In this document: positions 25,350-37,950 of the stretch, one piece after another
Numbering within the stretch: the stretch's first letter is position 1
Layout of the letters: every line of letters begins with the position of its first letter
NCBI RefSeq assembly: GCF_009834535.1
Contig: NC_045696.1
Coordinates: 78,866,001-78,930,000, forward strand
DNA from: Camelus ferus
Taxonomy: Eukaryota
Direction: 5' to 3'
Length of the DNA: 64,000 nt
Translations under genes and position numbers: made by a program
The notes under the pieces: model-generated
The model's input: only the letters and a program-made list of their open reading frames with translations
Database searches by the model: none
Told to the model about the DNA's origin: nothing

Positions 25350-25690
25350 TCTCAGTCTTGTTTTTAAGTAAGGAAACTGAAACTCACAAATTTTAAGAAA
25401 CTTGCCCAAGATTACACAATTAATACATTGCAGACTCATAATTAAAACCTCCTTCTGTATGGCACCAAAGCCCATTTTCTTTCTGTTTCACTTTCTGTCT
25501 CCCAGGTCCTGTTATGGTGTCCTTTAGAAATGGTAGCTCATTTAATTTTCTTAATAATTTTACTGTGGTGAAATTAAAACACAGAGTGGTAAAGAATTTA
25601 AGGTCACACAATCTGCAGCAGAGCTAGAAATCAAAATCCAAATAGCCTGAGGCTAGAGTCTGCACATTAGACCACAACACGGGCACGACC
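25350..25690 (-). mobile_element. Two MIR fragments (about 25350-25450 and 25560-25690)
   Basis: AAGGAAACTGAAACTCAC...AACTTGCCCAAGATTACACA; AAGGTCACACA...GCAGAGCTAGAAATCAAAATCCA. Confidence 0.7.
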
Positions 25691-26929
25691 TCTTGATGCG
25701 CCATGGAAACAGATGGAATTACTGTCTTCAGTAGGAAATGGACACTACAGCCTAATTCCTACAAGGTAACACCCTCCAGGAAGTTATCAATGTCTGATTT
25801 ATAATCAATATAATACAATAGTCTACTTAACATGATGAATATCTGTGCTATTTCTTGGTTCCCACAGAAACCGGGCAGACTAGAAAAGCCATGTTATCTC
25901 ATCACTAGATTTGTACAAAAATGCTTATTGGGGGCAGGGCATACTCTGAAGAAGAGCTGTGAAAAGGAAGGGCATAATTCATGCTGCAGTTAAAATGAAT
26001 TCGTTTTACGTAATGTAAATGAAGGGCAAATGTAATTTTATTTGAAGGATCGCATTATTATGGAATTAAAATGGCCACTATGTAGTTACCCCATGCTGAA
26101 TAGCGTATATGTCACACTTGTTTTCTAAAAGATATTTTATGTCCTCTTATATACATGGTGAAGAAAATACATCGATGTCTTTAGATTTGTTTCCTTAGCC
26201 CCCACCATGTAGTAGGTATCCTGCAAATATGGGCCTTTGAGAATGAAGGTAAATGATTATGTTAATAGAACCATGATTAGACTCATAATTGAGCCAAATC
26301 TCTGATAGGTGGAACTGCATGCCATTTGATTTGCAAAAGTCGTTTCATCTGACTTTACAGGAAGATACACTGATGATGTATCATTTTAATTTCTTTCCTG
26401 AGCACTCACTGGAAAAAAGTAGCAAATGACGAGGTTGTTTATTTGATACAGTAGTGCTCCTCCAAAATCAAATGAACAAAGGTAATCTTAATGTCATGAA
26501 TCAATTATCTTAATAAATTCCTACATAATTAACTGAGGAATTCTCTATGGAAGCACCAATTGAGAAATGATTTCAATGTGAGAAAATAGTAAGAGAAAAA
26601 ACACAGTAATTCTGAGCTAATATGAAGCTTTCTCACTACTACCAAATAGGATATAGGAACTTCCATAAGTATATGTACAAACATATATTAAAAATCACTT
26701 AAGTATATATAATGTGCAAATAGTGTCAGATTTGATCCTGTTATTTGCTCTCATATGATGGCCAACTTTAATGGCAACTAGCAAAATTATATTTTTAATA
26801 TCCTTGGCATATTCATATCAGACAAATAAATATTAGATTATTATAACATTAATTTCTTTTTCCATCTCTGACTTGAAATATAATTCCACTTGAATTAGTT
26901 GAATAATGCTATTCATTAAATATTTCTGA

Positions 26930-27320
26930 AGATTGTTTGAAATCTAGGTTCCAACACCTGATGTGTTTCCACCAGACATCTATTAGTCTTTAAGAAATTT
27001 TCTTTGCCTTTTTTGGTCACAGTTTTCTTATCTGTAAAATGAACAGATTGAGCCAGATGAATTATACGAATTCTGAGACTCTTTATCTGTTATAAAAATT
27101 ATACTCTTAAAAAATACAGCTGCACTGATAAGTTATAAAATAATTGGAAATAAATGGAAAATAATTATATTAAGTGGTATGACTACTGTGTGCTGTAGAT
27201 AAATCATGTGATTAAGGAATTGAACACAATTGTGTTTGAATCTCTGCTATCATTCAAATGACTTTTGTGAACTACTAATTTTTCTTAGCTTTAGATTCCT
27301 TATCTCTAAAATAGAGACGA
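26930..27320 (+). mobile_element. Two MIR fragments
   Basis: CAGTTTTCTTATCTGTAAAATG and TTAGATTCCTTATCTCTAAAATAG cores. Confidence 0.65.
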
Positions 27321-29729
27321 CAGCAAAAATCCTTAATTTTTTTTCCCCAGTAAGTAGCAAGAGTTTGTATTCCCTTGGGGGGCTATGTTTTAGTCTTACA
27401 ATTCCACAGGGATTTGGTTAATGTAATGAATCTATTGTATTTCAAATTATCTAAGTGTTCAATTAGCTAATTGTACAGGAGTAAACATTACTTTATGTTT
27501 TTCACATAACATCCATGTGAACCCAGCAGGTAAGTACAATTGCTCATCCCCATTTATACATTCAAGTGAATCCTATGCAATTAATCTTCATTACTGTTAA
27601 CAATTTGCCTATTATAGACCTTACTGTACCTACCCTAGAATTATTTTTAATATCTGAATCACTTAAAGCCAAGGATCCTATCTCTACTTGCTTTCATTTC
27701 TTGTATGCCAGTTATAAATAACCAGGTCTTTAAGATGTAACTTAATTAAAACACAGGTGTTCCTTTGCAGCTGGGACAAATGGAAGAAGTGATCACCTCT
27801 CGAAGTGAATAATTCCCTGAACTGCCAATTTGCGTAGAATGGCTATAATCAGGCAGCCCAAGAAATGGGGAGAATACGCACAAAGGAACATTTCAGCAAG
27901 TCACTTCTTCATTTTAGTGTTGTTTTAAATTTTCGTGGATGGTATATAGTCCTTTTTAATTGAGTAACAAACATATAGCACCTGGTTCTTATGTTGTAAG
28001 ATACTTAAAAAGGAGAGGAAGTAACAATAAAATTCAATGCATCATGAGTCTGGTAAAAGCTGAGCTCAACAAAATCTAGCCTAAAAACATCCTATTTGTT
28101 ACTTTTAATGGCACCCCAATGTTACAGCAATATGGAAAGTCACATACAAACTAGAGCTTAAAACTAACACTTCTGAGTCATGCTAACTGAACCTGGAAAA
28201 GAAACTTCTGGAGATAATCCCTCCCACACCATGACCTGCTTAGTTTTTCATGCTGAGCTGGGCCAAGGTCTTGCATTGCATGAGAACTGGATGGTCACAA
28301 ACACAACTAAATAACCAGGGGGAGTAGCTAATAGTCCATCTCTTCCCCCTTGATACAGTATGTGCCTTTAATTATAAGCCATATACTTTCTTGGCATCTA
28401 CAGTCATTTCCTAGCTGTGCTCATAAAGAACTTCCATGCTTTCTTCATAGCAGAGACAATTCTAGCCATCTGTCTCTTAATCATCTCTTCGAACAGATTT
28501 TGATGATCCAGGCGATAATTAAGTCTTGGTGGCCATTAGTGAGTATGCAATTTTGCTGCATATAGGAAATATGACATTTAGAATAAAGGAGAAAACTATA
28601 TGGAAATTTGTGGTCCTATCTACACAACTTCTAATGAAATAAGATCTTATCTTCTTTGGCTATATTTCATATTGGTATTTCTACTCTAGAAATATTTTCC
28701 TTGATGTGTTTAATATGTCTTGCTACTCTAGAGTTTAATTGTAGTTTAAAAACTACAAAAAAATTTTGTAGATACAAAACAAAATGAAAACAAAAAAGGA
28801 CCCAAAATATGAAGATATTTCATGGTCCTAATTATAAGCATCATTTTTCTGCACCCTCATATTTCTGACTTGCAAGAATAGCCTAATAATATAGTGATAA
28901 ACCAATAGTACAAGGCATATTGCATCACTTTGGTTATTCATGTTACAAGTTGGTTGGACCAGATGCTGGTTGCTGAATTTCTTCTCTCCTTGCCCACTTC
29001 TCAAAGTGAATGCCCATGAGCCCTGGAAGGGTTTAGTGGCATCTGAAAACTGTTAAAATTCCAAGCATACTTTTGTTTGTCTGTAGAAGGCTATGTTTTT
29101 CATTAAAATTTCAAACAAGATTAAAAACTCCTGTCGGCTTTTTTTTTTTTTTTTAGACTATTATACTGTAACTAACATCTCAGACTGCACAACGCAGGTA
29201 TAGAATTAATGAGATACTTAGGATGTTGTCTTTTTCTGTTCTGGGGGATAATAAACGGGTGGCAGAGATGAGGAAAAAGCCTGCATCAAACTCAAAATAA
29301 AAACAGGCTGTTACTTAGAAGGTTTGGGTTTTCCTTTTGATTTAACCTCTGAGAAGTTCTCTGAATTTGGACACATCAATTGTCCTCTCTTGACCTCAGA
29401 TTCCTTATCTCTCAGCAGAATGTGCTGGGCTATATCAGTGATGTTGGAAGCATATTCTGTGATATCCTGGGGGTTCTAGAAAAGTATTTGAGTGACTCTC
29501 CAAAGATGAAAGACTAGTGCAAAAAGGTTCAGTTAGCCTCTTGCATCTCCTAAAGGGGAAGGTAGAAGCAGTGGATGCCAGGTGAGCATATAGATCTACT
29601 TCCTCAAGACAGCAACTTTAAGTTACGTTAGGTGATTTCTTTACATTTCCATGTCATTCCTTTTTTGAAATGTTGAAGCTGTTCAAACTGGTAACACATT
29701 TTATATATAGGTATGGTAATTACCAGCCT

Positions 29730-30520
29730 ACAGTTCTGTTTCTTCCACTGGATTGTAAGTAACTCAGGAGAGGCATTATTTCTCACCCATCTCTAGGAAC
29801 CTAGAAAAAGGCTGCCATATGGAAGGAGAAAGATAAGCAAACAAAGGGAAAAGAAAATATGGAAGATGGGTTAGCTGTTCCCGAGACAGGTAAGAGACAA
29901 GCAGAACTACCAGGAATCTCATGCAATCATAGTCCATGCAGTGGGGTAGAGGGTTGGGGTTCAACTTGAGAGAGATTTAAGGAGCAGAAAGCTAATGACT
30001 TTGTGGCCAACTTGGTAAGAAATGTTGAAGAGAAGAGCCCAAAATAACTTTTGGATTTCTGTACTAGGGTCTCATAAACTAGGAGAGAAAATACAGAAGG
30101 AAGAGCAATTTGGACGGTAATGATAATTTGTTGAATTATGGTCATGTTCCTGGGGCCGCCAAATCATGTAGCCCTTTTGTGTCTCTGGGGATACTCTGTG
30201 ATTTGAGATACAAAGTGCATTTATTTCTGTGAAAAGAAGTCAACACAGTTTGAAAAATATTTCTTTAAAAAGTACGCATGAGACATTCAGTTGTCAACAA
30301 AGTACATGTTCTGGATCTGGGATACAGATTTAGAAGTCAGCAGGAGACATCTGACTGCACACGCTGATTTGAGAGTTGCCAGTGGGCAGGTTGGCTGAAG
30401 GCAGGTGAGTGGGTATGATTAGGTAAAGCTAAAGTGAGAAGGAAGAAACTCTGCAGAATACCAGTATTAAGGGACTGACAGAAGAAAAGGAGACAGGAAA
30501 AGAAACTGAAAGTGAGGGAA
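29730..30520. mobile_element. Degenerate L2 fragments (both orientations)
   Basis: CCACTGGATTGTAAGTAACTCAGGAGAGGC; AGATTTAGAAGTCAGCAG; CTGCAGAATACCAGTATTAAGGG...AAAGAAACTGAAA. Confidence 0.5.
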
Positions 30521-31848
30521 GAGGACCAAGCTTGCTAGGAACTTAATTGTGCGTGATACTTACACAGATGTGAACCTTCCCCATAGGAACATATCGTCAA
30601 GGACCAAAACAGACATTGACCAAATTAACGATAAATGTAAAAAGCAGAATCGGCACACTGATTTGGCACAAAAAAAGAGTAAGCTAGATAGAAGACATAT
30701 TCAGTTAGGAAGGCAAGGGTAGGAGGAGAGGTGGGAGGTGCTGCAGGGACAAGAACAATGTGAAATCATCAGCTCTCCTCTGATCAATGTGAGAACCCAG
30801 TTAGGAGAAGGGAACATCTTCTCAGTGATTTACGGAAGAGATCTATAAAATCCCTGAAGGAGGCGCGATTGGCTACTCCCTTCTCGGCCAGCACAAACCA
30901 TGTAAGAATCTCAGCAAATAAATTACATGAAATGTGAGAATTGATTTTGAAAATGTGGAAAAGTTATTAGTGGTACACTTTCAAAAGGAAAGTAACAACC
31001 TTAGAATAGTAAAAGTATAAGGGAAAGAGTTGTGTTTTCAAATAAACACTTCCATTTGTATCAATTCAACAACTCCATAAGGTAAAATAGACAAAAACAG
31101 CAAGTGGGATGGTGTAATCAACACCTGGGGAGACATGGAAGAAAGAAGTGAATCAGTCGTGTGCAGAAGGGAGATTGCATTTACATGTGTCTTGTGAACC
31201 TGAAAAGTGGAAGAAAATTGCACACTCAGAGAAAAGAAAACTTCACTTGCCCAAACAGGAATCTTATTTTGCCAGATATATTGACTGAGCTGAATCTAAT
31301 GAGCTCTTGTGCCAATGCGAAATGGACCCCAAACCTAACCTAGGAACCTTTTATTTGAAAAATGATTAAGTGAGAGAAAATCGTATTGGTTGTGAAATAA
31401 TACATTATTTGCTTTGCAAGCCACATATTACATCTATTTACTATTTGAAGTAATGTGTGCATTGATTTGGGGCAGGGAGAAGGCTCTGATTTATTAGTTT
31501 TCGAAACTTTGAATCAGGTCAACTTTTGCCAACCAAGTTTCTAATATAGAGCAAAAGAATGTACTCTTAACCCTGGAAGTCTTTTGTTAGTTGAAGTACT
31601 TGTAACATAAGTACAAGAAAGAATTATACAGTCTGTTCTGTTATAGCTAGCTGTCTAAAAGTTTTCAAACAAGATAAACACTTGCTGCATAAGTTAACAC
31701 ACCATACAATCAAGCAGACTATCTGTGTTTAATGCATGTGTGTAATAACCCATTAATAAAGACTTATGATTTAAATCGTTTGAATAGTTATATGTCTACT
31801 CATACCAAAATATTAAAAGGTTTAGGGCTACAAATTTAATTTGCCTAC

Positions 31849-32050
31849 TGAAGAGGGTTGAATAGTGTCACCCCCAAATTTATGTCCACCCAGAACCTCG
31901 GAATGTGAACTTACCGAGAAATACAATCTTTGCAAATATAATCAGTTAAGATAAGGTCATACTGGATTAGGGTGGATCCCAAATCCAAATGACTAGTGTC
32001 TTAATAGAAGAAAAGAGAGGGACACTCAGAGGCAGGCACACAGCATGACT
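31849..32050 (+). mobile_element. MaLR LTR 5' portion (MLT1B/C-like)
   Basis: GGGTTGAATAGTGTCACCCCCAAATT...CAGTTAAGATAAGGTCATACTGGATTAGGGTGG...AAATGACTAGTGTCTT. Confidence 0.85.
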
Positions 32051-32094
32051 TTTTCAGAAGAAAATATTTATGGGTATTTGTGTAAGTACTGCTT

Positions 32095-32255
32095 ATCCAG
32101 GAAACTGATGTTAAAGAAACTTCAAGGATTGTTCCTGATACCAAGAAGTTGAGTGACTTGCCCAAGGTCATTTGGTAAATCTGTGTTTTTGTTGTAATTG
32201 GAACCCAAGACAACCACCTATTTGGAGTCTTTGCTCTAGTCACTGTCTCTTGCTG
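32095..32255 (-). mobile_element. MIR fragment
   Basis: GGAAACTGA...GTTGAGTGACTTGCCCAAGGTCA. Confidence 0.65.
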
Positions 32256-34114
32256 CCTCTGACTTTATGAGGACAATTCTGGAGAAAAATGGCTCCTGTA
32301 AATTCTGCTGTCAGTCAGTGGGAGCTGGCAAAGTGCTCGTGCTGATGGTTTTCGTGATGAGAATGTAGTGCAAACAGCCCCACACTCTGGCTTATAAAAC
32401 AAGCTTAAGTGTCGCCGGCTTCCTCACCTCATCATTTCTAGAATGGTACTTATCTTTCAAGCCACAAAACAGGACTGATGCCAAGGCCATAAAAAGTATT
32501 ATATGGTTCTGCCTGCCATCTTTTCAAGGTGGGCTGGCAAAGCAGAGGACCACAGACAGAAAAATGGAGTAATAAAGTTTAACTAGTAGGCAATAATATT
32601 AATCTGCTGTGCTGCAGTGCCGATTAAGAGATTGAACCAACTCCCTGCAGTTCTAATTGGATTTTCCTGTGTTTTCTACAACCCTCAGGGCTTTACCCTG
32701 ATAAATCCTACTTTTGCTTGCCATTTATTCCCCATGAATGACTCCATGTAATGGATTTATCTGTAAAAACACGCAAGTGCTTGAATGGCCGTAGAATTAT
32801 TTGGTGGTTTTCTTTGCAGATTGCTGGCATGTTACTTTCTAAAAAGCAAGTAATTAATACAATGAATCGCTGGGCTAATTGCTATCTAAATATTTCATAT
32901 GCATAATAAGATAGAAGACGCAGGTACTGAGAAAGAACGATCATATGCAAAGGGATGCCCCAGACAACCATTATTTTAAGATGAGGAAATTAGATCTATA
33001 CACCGTTATGCATAATATCTGAGGTAATCAAATGCAAAATGAAAGGAATACAGTTTTATGTATGTATATGTCAAGTATATTTCTTAAGCCTGTAAGATCA
33101 TTTTTCACATGGTCAATTCACTATTATTTTTGAAATAATGCTATCTTCCTGTAAATTTGTCTTCTACTTTGTGTGTGTGTAGGCAAACAATACTTTTGTT
33201 CAGGATATTCTGTACTTAGGGATTACTTGGTTATGATCCCAATAACAACCCTGTTAGTCCAGCTATAAAACATGAATTGTGTACGAGATGGAGAGTGTGG
33301 AAATAGGGTCCCAACATGTGCATCTCTGCAGAAGATTGCCACACCAATTTACAATCAGAGTTTTGATTGAGGAGGCTGGCCTGCTCAAGTTGTCTGATTT
33401 TATCATACAACCGGTGATGCATCTATTTTCCTTCAGTATGCTTTTAGTTATGATTTAGTCTGGTACCACCCCTGAAACCACCTACCTCTGATGATTTGCC
33501 AGCCAGAATTCACCCACAAATTCCCAAACTCAGCTAGGTATCCCAATTTTCTGCTGCAGACTCTCAGGGCAAAGTCTCTCCTCTCCAGCTAGCATCGTCT
33601 TATCCTTGATTTTGTGGACACCTTGATCCAGATTGCCAATAAGTTTTGCATCATCCCTCTGCCTGGTTCCTTCTTGCTACAGTATCCATTAGATTTTCTA
33701 ACTTCTTTCTTCCATTGTCTTTCCAGTGGCTTCTACCCGATACCTGGTGGCTGCTCTTCCCCCTTAATGCAGACAACTGGAAGACTGAACTGCAGTCAGG
33801 AATCCTGCTTATTTTCAGATGCAATGCCTTGTTTTTATGCTGTTTCGCTTGAACCTAACATTCTCTGACTCTCCTGGTCTTTGCTTCCAACTCTCACTAG
33901 TGATTTCTAACCATCCACATCAACCAGTATTTTCAGAGCATCTGCTTTGTGTCATGGCCTTGGGCTGCTGGTGACGCAAGGGTCAACAGACACCATCCCT
34001 GTCTTCCAGGAGCTGACGGTTTGTCTAGGACAGCTCGGCTTTGTTCTGCTCCTACTATGCACCAGGCGGCTTACACTGAAACCTCACAGCTGTGCTTGTC
34101 CGGGCTTGGCAGGC

Positions 34115-34270
34115 TTGGTAGTCAGCTGTGAGGTTTGCGAAAATGTCAGAGATCTGGGCTGCATTCTGGATTTATTGAATTAGAATCCTCAGGGATAGGG
34201 TCTAGGAATCTACCTAGGCAAGCACCCTCTGAGTTTATGTGGTTATGTAGTAGATGATTTGAAGACCCTT
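34115..34270. mobile_element. MER5A-like DNA transposon remnant
   Basis: TCAGCTGTGAGGTTTGCGAAAATG...TATTGAATTAGAATCCTCAGGGATAGGGTCTAGGAATCT...CAAGCACCCT. Confidence 0.6.
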
Positions 34271-34299
34271 TCCTGAGAAATACTCTCAGCAAGTCCAGG

Positions 34300-34430
34300 A
34301 AGCAGGTTTAATAATCCCCAGCTTACATGTAGAGATGCTGAGGAGTAGAAAGTTATGTAACTTTCCCAACTGAAGAGTGGAAAAGGCAAGATCCAAACCC
34401 AATCTATATGGTTTTAAACTCCTTGGCATT
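34300..34430 (-). mobile_element. MIR fragment
   Basis: ATCCCCAGCTTACATGTAGAGATGCTGAGG...GTTATGTAACTTTCCCAA. Confidence 0.65.
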
Positions 34431-34550
34431 TCCACTCTACTCCTTCACAAAGCCTCCTACCTGTGTCTCCCACAGGTCCTGGTTCCCATTCCAGTGTGTT
34501 CTCCCAAGCAATCTGTATAATTACGGCATTAACCGGCACCATTAGCAAGC

Positions 34551-35014
34551 TGTGATGGTTAATTTTATGTGTCAATTTGACTGGGCCATGGGGTGCCCAG
34601 ACATTTGGCCAAACGTTATTCTGGATATGTTGTTTAAATGAACGACATTTTCTGCATGAGATTAACATTTGAATCAGTAGACTGAGTAAAGCACGTTGCC
34701 CTTCCTACTGTAGGTGGGTAGCCTCCTCCAATCAACTGAAGACCTGAATAGAACAACAAAGCTGAGTAAGAAGTCCTGGCTGTTTAGCTGGGATGCTGGT
34801 TTTTTCTGGTCTTAGGACTTGGACTGGAACATCGGTTCTTCTTGGGTCTTGAGTCTGCTGGCTTTTGGACTGGAATTACAAGTCTGTTTTCCTGGGTCTC
34901 CAGCAAACAGATTGTAGAGCTTGGGACTTCCCAGCCTCCACAACTGCATGAACCAGTATACAGATATATATTCTTTCATTGGTTCTGTTCCTCCAGGGAA
35001 CCCTGACTAATGCA
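34551..35014 (+). mobile_element. Complete ERVL solo LTR (MLT2 family)
   Basis: Starts TGTGATGGTTAATTTTATGTGTCAA, ends GGTTCTGTTCCTCCAGGGAACCCTGACTAATGCA (TG...CA); flanks CAAGC/AAGGC are a possible decayed 5-bp TSD. Confidence 0.9.
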
Positions 35015-36420
35015 AAGGCATTTACCAACATTTTAGAAAACAAGGAACCATCTTGTGGATATCTTGACAAGTTACCTGAAATAAAGTTGGATACTTCATA
35101 CTTATTTTAAGGAAGGAAGACTGAGTGTGAACAAATACGGCAGAAAATGATCTAGGTCAGAATGAGTCACCAGCTGAACATAAAACAGAATTGTTCCATC
35201 AGAACTACAGCATCATCCCAATCTCAGTAAATGGCAGTAACGTCCAGAGGCAATCCTTCCACTTTAGGGAGCTGATGAAATGCTTCCAAACAACAGAAAA
35301 GGGCTACTGTCAGCTGGATCCCCACGCAGAGTGGGAAACTTAGAGGATGTCAAGAACCAAGAAACTAAAATTAAGGTGAAGTCCATGGGGGAAAATAAAG
35401 CTTGGGAAATGTCAGTCACTTGTCTGATACAAGGCTCATAAAGCAATGCCTCAGCTACAGTCTTCTGATGCACTTCTCTTCAGAGTGATCTTATTTTTGA
35501 AGGGTCACATTAGCCCCCATCCAGGAGAGGATTCCAGAGATGAGGATGCCTCATTTTGAAGGAGGTCCACAGCATGGACCATGGCTGCAATACTGTTAGA
35601 ATACTGAGGTGAGATTCTCAAGGGCATAATTACTGTTCATTGAAAAAGCAACTCTGTTTGCGCAGAGAGGCAAAGAAAAAGACTATTTGTTCTAGGAAAT
35701 ATTTTGGTTAAACTAAGAAAAATTTATAAGGCTGAAGTAAAGCAGCATTGTACTTAAACCATTTCTGATAATCTCCTTCCTATTCCGTAATCTCCCTCAA
35801 GGAAAGATGATGTAGCAATACTGGGGAAAAAAAAAACCCAAAAAACTGTACTGGGAGCATTTTTATTATCTGTCTTAAATCCTCCCTACTGCAATTTTAC
35901 CTTATTACTCTCAGGAAGGTAAGGGGTGGTCAAAGCATGGCATTAGTCATAGTTTCCTTGGTAAGCTGTATTCCTCTGGTGGCAGATTCTATTACCTTGA
36001 ATATTCTCATTTTAACTGTGCTTGATTATTTAAAGGGAACTTAAGTGGTAAGGATTCAACTTGTCTAACGCATTAATTTTTCCCATGGGAAAAGGAAAAA
36101 GGGTGTAAGCCATAAAAGAGCTGTGAGAGGGCCAAAGACAATCCTCTGAAGAAATTATTCATTGACTTAATTTACTTTAAATTGCAAAACTCTGCTTCTA
36201 AAGTTCATTTATCTTCTGGCGCAGGCAAACTTATGAAGTGGGTAAAGTTTGTCTTCCTTACTCCCTCACTCCTTTAGCTGGCATAATCTTTCAGTGCCTC
36301 CCCGCCCCCTTCAATGCCTGATATGCTTATGTGGTCTTCTAGTTGACCAAGGAGTGCCCGCCATTACACCTCCCTTGGGGCTGCCATACTGATTTCATTC
36401 TGTTCTCCTTCCTGTTTCTT

Positions 36421-36442
36421 CCCTGCCCTCTCACCCTCCCCC
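36421..36442 (-). other. Canonical G-quadruplex motif on minus strand
   Basis: Plus strand CCC-TG-CCC-TCTCA-CCC-T-CCCCC. Confidence 0.55.
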
Positions 36443-36551
36443 TTCACTTCATAAAAACTCCTTGGCCTTCCTTTTCATTTTTTCAAGATTCTTGCTTCCT
36501 GCTAGTTAAGGTCTAACTAACCTGAGGAATACTTTATGTGTTAATAGAAAC

Positions 36552-37404
36552 TGTTACAGTTTAAATTGTGTCTCTCCAACAGATATGCTGAAGTCCTAAC
36601 CTTCATTACCTCAGAATATGACCTTATTTGGAAATAAGTGTCACTAGTGAGCACGAGGTCCTTCCTTGCCTTTTCCAGCTTCTGGTAGCCTTAGGGATTC
36701 CTCAGCCCTGTGGCAGCATAACTCCAGTCTCTGCTGCAGACATCTCATGGTGTTTTCTCTTCGTGCGTCTGCTGCTTATAAGGACCCCAGACATATTGAA
36801 TTTATGGCCCACCCTAATAAAGCATGACCTCATATTAGTTATTTACACCTCGCCAACACCTTGATTTCAGAGTTCTAACCTCCAGAACTGTGAGAGAATA
36901 CACTTTTTATTATTTTAAACAACCACAATGGAATACTACCCAGCCATAAAGAAGAATAAAATTTTGACATTTGCAGCAACATAGATGGACTTGTGCTAAG
37001 TGAAATAAGTCAGACAGAGGAAGATAAATACTGTATGATATCACTTATATGTGGAATCAAAAAGCTACAACAAACTAGTGAATATAATTGAAAAGAAGCA
37101 GACTCACAGACATAGAAAACAAACTAGTGGTTATGGAGGTAAGGGTGCAGGGATGCAATGCAAGGATGGGGGAGTGGGAGGCAAAACTATTGGGTGTAAG
37201 AGAGGCCCAAGGATGTATTGAACAACACAAGGAATATAGTCAATATGTTGTAACAACTGTAAATTGAGAGTAATCTTTAAAAATCGTATAAAAATTTTAA
37301 AAATTTAAAAATTAAAATAAGGTACTTAAAACAGAAAAAACAAAAAATCAAAAGACCAACAAGCTTGTGGTACTTTATTATGGCAGCCGTAGGACACCAG
37401 TACA
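36552..37404 (+). mobile_element. Complete MaLR solo LTR (MLT1C-like) with internal inversion and nested L1
   Basis: TGTTACAG start, GCAGCCGTAGGACACCAGTACA end, flanks GAAAC/GAGAC (4/5 TSD); middle segment ~36645-36848 is antisense. Confidence 0.9.
36925..37350 (+). mobile_element. 5'-truncated L1 3' end (cetartiodactyl-type) inserted in the MLT1 LTR
   Basis: CAATGGAATACTACCCAGCCATAAA...AAGTGAAATAAGTCAGACAGAG...ACTATTGGGTGTAAGA...A-rich tail; TTTTAAA just upstream of the 5' junction resembles an L1 endonuclease site. Confidence 0.9.
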
Positions 37405-37769
37405 GAGACTAACCTGTTAAAATGTTATTTCTGATTAACTCACAGTGTCTATGACAGTAAGGCCTTCAGCAGACAGCGACGCAGCAGAAGCAGCACTACT
37501 AACGATGTGACTCGGGCACCTGACAGGTCAATGAGAAAGCTATTCTGAGATGGAAAGGGATGTGTGGCATCTATCAACTGTACATGACAGATCCTGTATC
37601 AGGTTCTCTGAGCTGACTCAGCATCACAGCCTGACATCCAGACTCTCCTGTGGAACTTTGGCTCCTAAATATTGCTACAGAGAGTGACATGGCAAGGGAG
37701 GTAGTTATCTCGGTTGAGAGCCGAAAGTACCAAGTGCTTTCGTAGACCCTCACTCTCCCGTGATTTTGC

Positions 37770-37950
37770 TCTTCTTAGAGTCTTCTCCATTTCCGGAAAG
37801 GGCATTTCCATTTTACCCATTTGTTCAAGGTCAACGTAACTGGAGGATGGAAGGATAGAGAATTTTTTTCCCTTTGAATTTTCAGCACCTTGCGTAGTGC
37901 ACGGTATGTAACATGTATTCAATAACTATTTGAAAAAATGAATGAAATAA
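37770..37950 (+). mobile_element. L2 fragments incl. 3' terminus
   Basis: TCTTCTCCATTTCCGGAAAGGGCATTTCCATT; CAGCACCTTGCGTAGTGCACGGTATGTAA...CAATAACTATTTGAAAAAATGAATGAA. Confidence 0.7.

Noticed and set aside
35969..35986. CTCF-like motif on minus strand (CTGCCACCAGAGGAAT)
   Set aside because: Lacks the critical GGC at the 3' end of the core
37881..37901. REST/RE1-like TTCAGCACC
   Set aside because: The right half-site (GGACAG) is absent and the sequence is explained by an L2 3' terminus
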